Virus record (IMG/VR): IMGVR_UViG_3300008448_000012 | Coordinates: 32,001-96,000 of that record | Source of the DNA: a virus | DNA length: 64,000 nucleotides | Direction: 5' to 3' (one strand) | Shown: positions 41,079-50,074 of the stretch, one piece after another | Position numbering within the stretch: position 1 is the stretch's first letter | Layout of the letters: each line of letters opens with the position of its first letter | Translations under genes and position numbers: made by a program | Notes under the pieces: model-generated | Told to the model about the DNA's origin: nothing | Seen by the model: only the letters and a program-made list of their open reading frames with translations | Database searches by the model: none

Positions 41079-41717
41079 ATGAAACTAACTAAATTAAAAA
41101 TTAACGAGCTTTGGAATAAATTACAGAGCGTAATTTCAAAAAACCCAGAGGAAGTATCTATTATTATAGAAGAAGAATCTCCTATTATAATAGAAGAAAC
41201 CCCACCTCCTCCTCCTGATATGGCTGTAATTTCTGAAGAGCAGCCTATAATAAATGAAGCAGAAGAGGAGGTTATTGAATATAGAGGATTGTTTTTTGAT
41301 AACAATAAACAAACAGCTCCAAGAGACATAATCAGAGCTGTTAAGTTTGGTAATACAAATGAGGCTTACACAAACAAGTTTATTGTTAAGAACAACACAT
41401 CAGGCAATCCAACAAGAATTACAGCATTACGTAAGGGATCTTATACACTAAGAATATCTGCCCAACTACAAAAGTTATCAGTAACTAAGAAAGCTCAAGT
41501 TGTTCTTTGCGTAAGAAAGAATGATTTGAATGTACCAGATACAGCAACCACTATAATAATGGAACCAGGACTTGTGGGATTGATTGCAACATGGGATTTT
41601 TCCATAGATATGCTGGCTGGAGAATATATAGAAATAATATGGTCACAAAATGGTGGAGTGGAAATATCAAATAAGCAGACACCAAGTGTGATGTTGAAGA
41701 TTAATCAGATAATATAA
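41079..41717 (+). CDS. Protein with acidic/Pro-rich N-terminus and C1q/BclA-like jelly-roll C-domain
   Basis: IIIEEE repeats, PPPPP, then GSYTLRISAQL...LAGEYIEIIW. Confidence 0.5.
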   Translation: MKLTKLKINELWNKLQSVISKNPEEVSIIIEEESPIIIEETPPPPPDMAVISEEQPIINEAEEEVIEYRGLFFDNNKQTAPRDIIRAVKFGNTNEAYTNKFIVKNNTSGNPTRITALRKGSYTLRISAQLQKLSVTKKAQVVLCVRKNDLNVPDTATTIIMEPGLVGLIATWDFSIDMLAGEYIEIIWSQNGGVEISNKQTPSVMLKINQII

Positions 41718-43537
41718 TGACAAGTAGACAAATAGGATGGAGCCAAGAATCTAACCTTCTCTATGAAATAGGGAAGCAGTTGGATATTCTTGCCAAGGTT
41801 TTAGCAAACTCTGGTAAGGGTAGTTTGGAAGCATACCCAGATTTGGCTTCTTTTCCTCCAGTGGGAGTTCCAGGAGTGATATACTTGGCTGAAGACACTG
41901 GATACATATATTATTGGGATGGAGCATCTTATGTTCAGTTTGGAGGAGGATCATATGTTCCTACCTCAAGACAGCTAACCATAAATGGTGTTACGTTTGA
42001 TTTGTCAGCAGACAGAACATGGACAATAAGTACAGGGGATGATATAACTGTTGTAGCAAACTATTCAGCTCTCCCTGCTCCAAACACTGTAACAGGACAA
42101 TTCTATTGGTGTTCAAATCCTCAAGGAACAGCATGGCTTCCTGGATCTGTAGGAGGAACATACTATAATTCAGGACTTTATTATTCAAATGGAACAACAT
42201 GGGAATTTCTCAATGTTCCATACCAAGCAACACAATCTGAGGTTAATGCAGGAATAATATCAGACAAGTTTGTAACTCCAAACACTCTGTTCAATTCTTC
42301 CCAATGGGGCACAAAAGAAAACCCATTAACATTCTCTGCCCCTCTTTCAAGAAGTGTAAACACAATTAGCATTCCTGCTGCATCGTCTTCAGCCAATGGT
42401 TATTTATCATCTACGGATTGGTCAACATTCAATGGCAAACAAGGTGCTTTAACACTCACCACCACAGGCACATCAGGTGCTGCTACATTGGTAGGAAATA
42501 CGCTTAATATTCCGCAGTATTCAGGCGGAGGTGGTGGTATGGCTATCGGTGGAAGCATAACTTCTGCAACGGCAGGTAGTGTGTTGTTTGCGGGAACAAG
42601 TGGGGTGTTGGCGCAGGATAATAGCAACCTGTTTTGGGACAATACTAATAAGAGGTTGGGGATTGGGACGGTAAGTCCGCAAGGCCCTTTTCATATCAAT
42701 TCAAATATTACTGCAGCTACTAATGGTTTAACAATAACAAGAAATGCAGTTTCTTTATCAGATGCAAATTTTCAGATAACAAGTGCAACAAATAATAGCG
42801 GAGAATTTTTACCTGCTTTTTTATTCACAAGTAATTTTTCTGCTCCTGGATTTACAATTGGTGGTTTTTTAAGTGCAAGAATTACAAATAGTTCAACAAC
42901 TGATATAGGAATTATTCTTGATGCAAGAACTAAATCAGCTTCAGCATTAACACAAGGATACATTTTATCGATTAGAGGTTTTACAACTGATTATGTTCGA
43001 ATAGCACATAATGGTAATATGATTCTACAAAACGGAGGCACTTTCACCGACGCAGGCTTCAGACTCGATGTTAACGGAACGATGAGGGTGCAGAGTGAGA
43101 CTGTATTAAATAATTTTTCAATTGGTAGAACATCACTTTCTCCAAGCTATCCTGCAATATGGATAGATAATGGGAATAGAACGCTTTTATCAAATTATTC
43201 TTATTCAGGATACTTACAACTTCAAGGCGCATATAATAATGAGGGAGCGCATTTAAGACTTTCAGGAAAAACTTCTATATCAAATACGGCTAATAGCGCA
43301 ATTTTAATTACGAGTGGATTTGTTATCGGTGTTTATGGAGTTGATAATGTAGGAATAAATCCAAACACTTCTGCAATATTACAAGCTAACTCAACTACTC
43401 AGGGCTTCCTTCCTCCAAGAATGACAACCACGCAGAAAAACGCTATAAGTTCTCCAGCATCAGGATTGGTGGTTTATGATTCTACAACAAATAAACTTTG
43501 CTGCTATAACGGCAGTACATGGAATGATTTATTTTAA
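41717..43537 (+). CDS. Fibre-like protein with RQIGWSQE N-terminal anchor
   Basis: FPPVG..GVIYLAEDTG motif; modules shared with the 34621 fibre; GFLPPRMTTTQKNAI..GLVVYD C-terminus. Confidence 0.75.
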   Translation: MTSRQIGWSQESNLLYEIGKQLDILAKVLANSGKGSLEAYPDLASFPPVGVPGVIYLAEDTGYIYYWDGASYVQFGGGSYVPTSRQLTINGVTFDLSADRTWTISTGDDITVVANYSALPAPNTVTGQFYWCSNPQGTAWLPGSVGGTYYNSGLYYSNGTTWEFLNVPYQATQSEVNAGIISDKFVTPNTLFNSSQWGTKENPLTFSAPLSRSVNTISIPAASSSANGYLSSTDWSTFNGKQGALTLTTTGTSGAATLVGNTLNIPQYSGGGGGMAIGGSITSATAGSVLFAGTSGVLAQDNSNLFWDNTNKRLGIGTVSPQGPFHINSNITAATNGLTITRNAVSLSDANFQITSATNNSGEFLPAFLFTSNFSAPGFTIGGFLSARITNSSTTDIGIILDARTKSASALTQGYILSIRGFTTDYVRIAHNGNMILQNGGTFTDAGFRLDVNGTMRVQSETVLNNFSIGRTSLSPSYPAIWIDNGNRTLLSNYSYSGYLQLQGAYNNEGAHLRLSGKTSISNTANSAILITSGFVIGVYGVDNVGINPNTSAILQANSTTQGFLPPRMTTTQKNAISSPASGLVVYDSTTNKLCCYNGSTWNDLF

Positions 43538-43548
43538 TACATAATAAC

Positions 43549-43572
43549 ATGGCAAATATTCAACCTGTTTGA
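43549..43572 (+). pseudogene. 7-codon remnant (MANIQPV*) of a fibre-associated small gene
   Basis: ATGGCAAATATTCAACCT resembles ATGGCACAAATTCAACCG (MAQIQPI) at 38261; same position relative to a fibre C-terminus. Confidence 0.55.
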
Positions 43573-43596
43573 AGTTGAATAATAAAATATAATAAA

Positions 43597-44769
43597 ATGG
43601 CTAATAGACAAATTGGTTGGAGTCAGGAAGCTAATCTTCTATATCTCATCTCTGGACAAGTGGACAGGGTTGCCCAAATAATTGCTAGTTCTGGTGTAGG
43701 AGGTGGGGTGAGTTCGTTCAATACCAGAACAGGAGATATTACACTTCTTTCTTCAGATGTAACAACTGCTCTTGGATATACGCCTACAAATGGTAATATT
43801 TATGGTACTAATGGTTCACTCACTGGAGTGAGAACTGTTAATACAGGAGCATATGCATTGGCTTTCACTGCTACACAGCCTGCTGCCAGTTATGCATTTA
43901 CAATTGGTACACCTACAGGTGTGAGTGTTCCTTCTTGGCCTGCAACATTTGTAAGGCAAGGTGAATTTAATATTTCATCAACATCTTCTGCTGAACCTGA
44001 AAACTCCAGGTATTGGGGAAGAAACCAAACGACAGCTCTTAAAAGTCTTTATGTAAATCAATCATATGCTGATGTCACTGCTGAAACAGCAGGAGGAGGT
44101 GTTTCTTTATATAATCAAAGTATAAGAACATACAGAGGATCTCCACTTGATATAAGCACTGCAGTTACAACATTGTCTAATTTAACAGGTGTAGTTAATA
44201 CTATAGGACATGGTTATTCTGGAACATCGTTAACTACTGCTCAAATACATACCCAAAATGTAAACGCAGTCCAATCTTCTATACAGAATAACGTTGGTAC
44301 AATGGTTAATGCTAACGGATATCGTATTATTCTTTCGATGTCACCAACCTCAACCAGTCAGAATTCCGCAATTACAAACTTCTATGGAGTAAATATAGGT
44401 ACATTTACCATAGGAGCAACCAGTGGACCAACAGCCACCATTACAAATTTCTATGCTCTTTATATAGATGGTATAACAACCCGTGCTACAGGAACTGTTA
44501 CAAACAGGTGGGGTATATATTCAACAGATTCCACTATGACACATTACCTTAATGGTAATGTATTGATTGGTACAAGTACAATTGCTGGATTTAAACTAGA
44601 TGTAAATGGGACGATGAGAGCATCTCAGTTTTATTTGAGTGCATTGAATTCAACTCCTGCTTCAGCAGGAGCAACAGGAACACTTGGAGAAATCAGAATT
44701 GACGCAAACTATATTTATGTATGTACAGCAACCAACACTTGGAAGCGTGCATCCATAGCAACTTGGTAA
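43597..44769 (+). CDS. Fibre-like protein with RQIGWSQE N-terminal anchor
   Basis: VSSFNTRTG, KLDVNGTMR, C-terminal GEIRIDANYIYVCTATNTWKR. Confidence 0.75.
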   Translation: MANRQIGWSQEANLLYLISGQVDRVAQIIASSGVGGGVSSFNTRTGDITLLSSDVTTALGYTPTNGNIYGTNGSLTGVRTVNTGAYALAFTATQPAASYAFTIGTPTGVSVPSWPATFVRQGEFNISSTSSAEPENSRYWGRNQTTALKSLYVNQSYADVTAETAGGGVSLYNQSIRTYRGSPLDISTAVTTLSNLTGVVNTIGHGYSGTSLTTAQIHTQNVNAVQSSIQNNVGTMVNANGYRIILSMSPTSTSQNSAITNFYGVNIGTFTIGATSGPTATITNFYALYIDGITTRATGTVTNRWGIYSTDSTMTHYLNGNVLIGTSTIAGFKLDVNGTMRASQFYLSALNSTPASAGATGTLGEIRIDANYIYVCTATNTWKRASIATW

Positions 44770-44780
44770 AATATAATAAA

Positions 44781-45464
44781 ATGGGAATTCCAAATAGACA
44801 AATAGGTATTTATAAAATCACTAGTCCTAGTGGTAAAACCTATATTGGTCAAAGTTGGAATATTAGAAAAAGAATTTATAAGTATAAAAGTGTACAAGGT
44901 TGCAAAAAACAAAGAATTTTATATAATTCTCTTAAAAAATATGGTTGGGAAAATCATATATTTGAAGTTGTCTATACATTACCCATAGAAACAGAGCAAC
45001 GCACTTTAGATAACTATGAAATATTTTATATTATTCAGTTTAAAGAAGCTGGATATGAAATGATGAATATAAAAGAAGGAGGTTCAGGAGGTAAATTATC
45101 TAAAGAATCTATACAAAAGATGATAGAGACTAGAGGAAAATGGAACCACTCAGAAGAAACTAAAAAGAAAATCAGTGAGTCTCACAAAGGAATAAAACAT
45201 TCTTTAGAGACTATTAAAAAAATGAAAGGAAGAAAATTTACAATTGAACATGTAAATAAAATGAAAGGAAGAAAGCGCAATGAATCAACTGTAGAAAAAT
45301 TTAAAAAAATTATTCTTCCTGGCAGATTAGTTTTAGATAAAGAGATGGGAATTTTTTATGATAGTATTGCGATGGCAGCTAAAATTTTTAGAATAAATCA
45401 AAAAACACTACATAATAGACTTACAGGAATTTCAAAAAATACTACTAATTTAATACTTGTATAA
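44781..45464 (+). mobile_element. Free-standing GIY-YIG homing endonuclease
   Basis: Start MGIPNRQIGIYKITSPSGKTYIGQS; SLKKYGWENH; NUMOD3 HSEETKKKIS. Confidence 0.9.
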
Positions 45465-45466
45465 TT

Positions 45467-45607
45467 ATGATACCTTCAAGACAAATAGGATGGTCTCAAG
45501 AAGCCAATCTCTTATGGGAGATAGCAAGAAAACTTGAAAGACTTATTCAAGTTGCTGGACCAACAAGTCCTACAACCACAACCACTACTACAACTGTAGC
45601 TCCTTAA
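45467..45607 (+). CDS. 46-aa RQIGWSQE-anchor peptide with poly-Thr tail (not in ORF track)
   Basis: MIPSRQIGWSQEANLLWEIARKLERLIQVAGPTSPTTTTTTTTVAP. Confidence 0.8.
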   Translation: MIPSRQIGWSQEANLLWEIARKLERLIQVAGPTSPTTTTTTTTVAP

Positions 45608-45634
45608 GAATTATAAAACCAACAAAAACTACAT

Positions 45635-46654
45635 ATGAAGGATCTAAAGTTCCTTTGCGTTCAGCCTGATGATCATTATTACGTTTGGCAAGTGCACACA
45701 TGGATTGAGAGTTTAAAAAATATTGGAAAGAGTGGGGACGCTATAGTGGTTGTTTTCACTCCAGACTTCAGAGAATTCAATACGAAATGGAAAGAGCTAC
45801 AGGCTTTGTATCCAGAGGTTGAATTCTTTTTTGTTAAGGATGAGGATGGAATCAGCAAACTGATAAGAGTGTATATTCCCATCATCAGACCTTATTCACT
45901 GATGAAATATTTTCAAGCTCGTCCAGAGATGGTACAAAAAGCAATATTCTATTGTGACTGTGATATCATCTTTACAGAGAAGTTCAATGTTGATCAATAT
46001 GTAGATGATGATGTTTGCTACCTATCTGATACAAACAGCTACATCAATGCTTCATATTTTGACAGCAAGATAAAAGATGTCAAACCTGAACTTCTCGAAG
46101 AATATAAGAAGATGGATGTTCTTTCTGGAGCATGCAGTCTTGTAGGAATAACACGTGAGATATGTGAGAAGAACAATCAGCATTCAGGAGGAGCACAATA
46201 TCTTCTGAAGAACGTAGGAGCAAGCTTTTGGGAAAAGGTGATTGGTGATTGCATTATGATAAGAACCTATCTCTCTGCTATAAACAAAGACTTCTTTGAG
46301 AATGAGAGTAAGGGGTTTCAGTCTTGGTGCTCTGATATGTGGGCTGTGCTTTGGAACCTTTGGTTAAGAGAACAAGAAACAAAATGTATTCCTGAAATGA
46401 ATTTTGCATGGAGTACAGATCATATAAGTAAATTAAATAATTCAACGATCCTTCATAATGCAGGAATATCATCCACACATATGGGAGATGTTCCAGTGTT
46501 CTACAAAGGACTCTATCACAATAAAAAAGATCCTTTTGAGGATCCACATTTAACCAACGTTTTAAATAATGAAAAGAGCAAGAGTCTCTGTAATCATTAC
46601 TATTTGACAAAAATGTTTGAAGTTAAAAATAAATATAATTTAAACTATGGCTAG
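45635..46654 (+). CDS. GT-A glycosyltransferase, HPAT/SERGT (GT95/GT96)-like
   Basis: YYVWQ, YIPIIRPY, IFYCDCDIIF (DxD), WCSDMWAV and ILHNAG in the order of HPAT/SERGT motifs. Confidence 0.65.
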   Translation: MKDLKFLCVQPDDHYYVWQVHTWIESLKNIGKSGDAIVVVFTPDFREFNTKWKELQALYPEVEFFFVKDEDGISKLIRVYIPIIRPYSLMKYFQARPEMVQKAIFYCDCDIIFTEKFNVDQYVDDDVCYLSDTNSYINASYFDSKIKDVKPELLEEYKKMDVLSGACSLVGITREICEKNNQHSGGAQYLLKNVGASFWEKVIGDCIMIRTYLSAINKDFFENESKGFQSWCSDMWAVLWNLWLREQETKCIPEMNFAWSTDHISKLNNSTILHNAGISSTHMGDVPVFYKGLYHNKKDPFEDPHLTNVLNNEKSKSLCNHYYLTKMFEVKNKYNLNYG

Positions 46655-47066
46655 TAATAAACGCTTTTTAAAAGCATACGCAAGATTTGATGGTTCTGGA
46701 AGAATTGTTCCATCTAGCACTATTCTCAGAAAGAATAAACCTAAGGTGGGTAATTGGACAGAAGTGCAAACATATGAGTGCTGCAATGAAGTATCCTCCT
46801 ATGATCTATTTGCTATACCACCATTACCAATAACTTGGCCCGATGTAATATTTTTCTGTAACGAAGAAGGATTACCTATTGGATCTGGTTTCCCAGGAAC
46901 ATACACAACATTGGAAGAGCTAGCAGATGCATTTAATGCTGAAATAGGCTCAATGTATGGAGTTTTCTCAGTGTACAACGATGGTATAAAACTCACGGTA
47001 TCAGCAGAGTTTAAGAACACCCACTGTCCAAATGGTGTTTTAACATATGGTATTATACCAGACTAA
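46647..47066 (+). CDS. Modular protein, KRxLKAY...CCN anchor family (1)
   Basis: Shared ~45-aa N-terminus followed by a small domain. Confidence 0.7.
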   Translation: MASNKRFLKAYARFDGSGRIVPSSTILRKNKPKVGNWTEVQTYECCNEVSSYDLFAIPPLPITWPDVIFFCNEEGLPIGSGFPGTYTTLEELADAFNAEIGSMYGVFSVYNDGIKLTVSAEFKNTHCPNGVLTYGIIPD

Positions 47067-47076
47067 AATATAAAAT

Positions 47077-47499
47077 ATGTCTAACAAACGTTTCCTAAGA
47101 GCTTTTGTAGAATACGATGGAACAGGGAGAGTGCTTCCTGGAAGTCTTGTTCTGCGTGGCAACATCCCAAGAGTTGGGAACTGGGGAGAGATTCCTGCAT
47201 ACAAATGTTGCAATCCCTCTACACCAATGTCCAACACTGTAACAGCTGGTGGTGAACCAGGAACTATTTGTGTATATGGATTTGAGCTGTTCTGTGATGA
47301 ATTGTTTCTGTTTGGAATAGCATTTGATTTTGGAGACACTATGACAAGTGTTCTTTCAGGATTGAATTCTTCATATGGATTCCTTGGACAATGGACAGCT
47401 CCTGACAGTGGAACAATCAAGCTTGATATGAAAGACGAAGTTGCTAAAGGACTTTGTCCAAATGGAACCATAACAATTACCTATATTTGTGGAGGATAA
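47077..47499 (+). CDS. Modular protein, KRxLKAY...CCN anchor family (2)
   Basis: Shared N-terminus; C-domain resembles that of 46647 (CPNG). Confidence 0.7.
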   Translation: MSNKRFLRAFVEYDGTGRVLPGSLVLRGNIPRVGNWGEIPAYKCCNPSTPMSNTVTAGGEPGTICVYGFELFCDELFLFGIAFDFGDTMTSVLSGLNSSYGFLGQWTAPDSGTIKLDMKDEVAKGLCPNGTITITYICGG

Positions 47500-47504
47500 A
47501 CATT

Positions 47505-49001
47505 ATGGAAAAAAGAATTTTAAAAGCTTACGAACGTTACGATTATAATGGAAGAGTTGTACCAGGCAGCCTTGTATTGAGAAGTAAGAAGCCTAAGAAC
47601 GGTAAATGGAAGGAAGTACAAGCCTATAGATGTTGTAATGAAACAGGAGGTATTTGTACTAATTTCTGGATTAACCAAACAGTGAATCCAGATAATCTAG
47701 ATGGTGTTTGGACAGTAGGATCAGGAATGGATACTCAATGTAATTCATTTATGATAATGGAAGATTACTGGACCAGTCCAAACAACCCTAATCAAGATTC
47801 CCCACAAAACTTAGTGCTACAAAAGTTAAATAACGCTGGTGAGGTAGTTTGGAATAGAGTGTTTGATTTTGCAGAAAGTGGTGTAGACTATGAATATTTG
47901 GAAGCTCAAACAATGGGCGTAGACAAAAATAATAATGTGATTGTTTGTCTAATAGCATATGTTACAGCAACTTCTAAACAAAGAACAGGTATCATAAAGT
48001 TTGATAATGATGGTAATAAGTTATGGGCAATAATTCTTACAGATTCTATCTATGATCAAGAATATGTAACCTCTATAAAATTTGATAGTTTTAATAATAT
48101 TTATCTTGCTATTCGTGGAGGTGGAAGTACAGGTGGTATAATAAAAGTTACTCCAGAAGGTGCAATAGTAGACAAAAAGTATTTAGTCCATCTATACAAC
48201 CTAGATGAGTGTTATATAGAAGTGAATTCAAATAACGAAATTTATTTGATAACCAAATATTATGGTCCTCCACCCATTTATAACGCTCGTATTATTAAAT
48301 TGGATTCTTCTCTAAATGAAATTTGGAATAAGAGCTTTGATCCAGATACAGGTGGTACTCCATATGGTATAGCATTAGATGCAAATGAGAATATAGTATT
48401 TCAAATAGGTAATGGAATTGGTGCAAATACATCATCTCTATTTGGAGCATACATAAAGGTGTCACCAGAAGGAAACTTTATTTGGGCTACTAGGATATCT
48501 AATACTATAGATCCTGATGTTTCTCTTGGAACTTTTCAATTAGACTCTGATAAAAGCGGTAATGTATATATTTCATCAGGTTATCCATCCTCAATTCCTG
48601 GATATAGTACTAATCCAAGCAATACAGTAATTATAGCAAAACTGTTACCAAATGGATCTCTTGATTGGGTTTATGGTATAGAGTCTGTTAGTAGCATATA
48701 TCCTTGGTATTGGAGTAGTCCAATAGTGGGAAAAGTTGTAAACAATGCTCTTATTCTTGCATATTATAATGATGGAGATCCATTTGATGCACAATTGTTT
48801 AAACTTCCATTAACTGCTGTAGCTGACGGTACATATGGAGATTATACATTTACAAACATCACTAACTTATGGACAACATCAAATCCTTCAATTATACTTA
48901 GTGATGCTGAAAGTATTTGGACATCTGATTCTACAAATTCAGTGGAATTGAACTATCTTACATTTGAGGGAACTTACACAACAACACTTACATCTTTGTA
49001 A
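47505..49001 (+). CDS. Modular protein, anchor family (3), with beta-propeller
   Basis: Start MEKRILKAY at 47505; repeats GVDKNNNV/FDSFNNIY/LDANENIV/SDKSGNVY with KxDxxGnxxW. Confidence 0.7.
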   Translation: MEKRILKAYERYDYNGRVVPGSLVLRSKKPKNGKWKEVQAYRCCNETGGICTNFWINQTVNPDNLDGVWTVGSGMDTQCNSFMIMEDYWTSPNNPNQDSPQNLVLQKLNNAGEVVWNRVFDFAESGVDYEYLEAQTMGVDKNNNVIVCLIAYVTATSKQRTGIIKFDNDGNKLWAIILTDSIYDQEYVTSIKFDSFNNIYLAIRGGGSTGGIIKVTPEGAIVDKKYLVHLYNLDECYIEVNSNNEIYLITKYYGPPPIYNARIIKLDSSLNEIWNKSFDPDTGGTPYGIALDANENIVFQIGNGIGANTSSLFGAYIKVSPEGNFIWATRISNTIDPDVSLGTFQLDSDKSGNVYISSGYPSSIPGYSTNPSNTVIIAKLLPNGSLDWVYGIESVSSIYPWYWSSPIVGKVVNNALILAYYNDGDPFDAQLFKLPLTAVADGTYGDYTFTNITNLWTTSNPSIILSDAESIWTSDSTNSVELNYLTFEGTYTTTLTSL

Positions 49002-49003
49002 TT

Positions 49004-49132
49004 ATGGAAACTACCACAACCACTACTACATCTGCTCCTGTTGAAAAATTATACGGTAGAGAACTTGCAGATAAATTGAGAGAAGAAAGAGAGCAAAAAA
49101 GAGTTGCCAGACTTCAGTCTTCTCAACAGTAA
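49004..49132 (+). CDS. 42-aa peptide with N-terminal poly-Thr (not in ORF track)
   Basis: METTTTTTTSAPVEKLYGRELADKLREEREQKRVARLQSSQQ. Confidence 0.65.
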   Translation: METTTTTTTSAPVEKLYGRELADKLREEREQKRVARLQSSQQ

Positions 49133-49150
49133 TATATTAAAATAGAAGAA

Positions 49151-50059
49151 ATGGATAAAAGAATTCTTAAAGCTTACGAAAGATATGACTACAATGGTAA
49201 AGTTGTTTCTGGTAGTCTTGTACTCAGATACAAAAAGCCTAAAAATGGTAAATGGAAAGAGTTGACAAGTTATGAGTGTTGTAACGACATAACAACTACC
49301 ACTACAATTCCTCCAGCATTTAGAATGTTTGCAACTACTACATCTCCTAGTCAGACATTTCAATTCTCAATAGGATCATTAGGAGGAGTTTTACCACTTA
49401 ATATAGATTGGGGTGATGGTAATTCAGAAACAGTTAGTACTCCTACATACTCATCATCTGATCTAGCACATACATATGTTTCCCCAGGTTCATATGTAGT
49501 GACTCTTACTAGTACTTCTCCTCAATACTTTGGTGTCTTAAATTCATTTACATCAATTCTAAAAAATATAACTGGATGGGATCAGTTTCCAAATATGACA
49601 GGTTTATACATAAGTAATGGTGGATTTACATCAGTAGACTTTGGCACTCTAAATTTCTTAAGTTCAGTAACTCTTATAGACATGCCAAGTCTTACATCTT
49701 TTACATTTACAAGTCTTCCTGCATTAAGTTTCTTACATTTGTATGGTACTAATATATCAGGAAATTTGTTTAGTGGGAAATCTCTTCCACTTCTTAGTGA
49801 GCTTAATGCTGCTTATACAGATATCACCAACATTGACTTATCAGGACTTCCAGACTTATACATCTTACGTTTGATGGGCTGTGCTATAACAAATAGTACA
49901 GATATTGATAACATATTTATTGGTATTCTTGCTAATGATAGAACAGGTGGTGTAATTGATGTAAGTGGAGGAACTAATGCTGCTCCAACAGCTGCTAGTG
50001 CTGCTGCTAGAGCCACTCTTACAAACTTTGATTACGACTACTATTTAGCTTACAATTAA
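49151..50059 (+). CDS. Modular protein, anchor family (4): Thr linker + PKD-like + LRR-like
   Basis: TTTTTIPP; IDWGDG..HTYVSPGSYVVTL; LPALSFLHL/LPLLSELNA/LSGLPDLYILRL. Confidence 0.7.
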   Translation: MDKRILKAYERYDYNGKVVSGSLVLRYKKPKNGKWKELTSYECCNDITTTTTIPPAFRMFATTTSPSQTFQFSIGSLGGVLPLNIDWGDGNSETVSTPTYSSSDLAHTYVSPGSYVVTLTSTSPQYFGVLNSFTSILKNITGWDQFPNMTGLYISNGGFTSVDFGTLNFLSSVTLIDMPSLTSFTFTSLPALSFLHLYGTNISGNLFSGKSLPLLSELNAAYTDITNIDLSGLPDLYILRLMGCAITNSTDIDNIFIGILANDRTGGVIDVSGGTNAAPTAASAAARATLTNFDYDYYLAYN

Positions 50060-50074
50060 TAAAACAAATATAAA

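Noticed and set aside
34621-44769. Diversity-generating retroelement acting on the fibres
   Set aside because: No reverse transcriptase, and no near-identical TR/VR pair with adenine-specific mismatches seen; similarities are protein-level
44721-44780. Upstream start extensions in the ORF track (1886, 8232, 44721, 47454, 52274, 52578, 59447, 61936, 62907)
   Set aside because: They overlap upstream genes or promoters; downstream ATGs match paralogue N-termini or gene coupling
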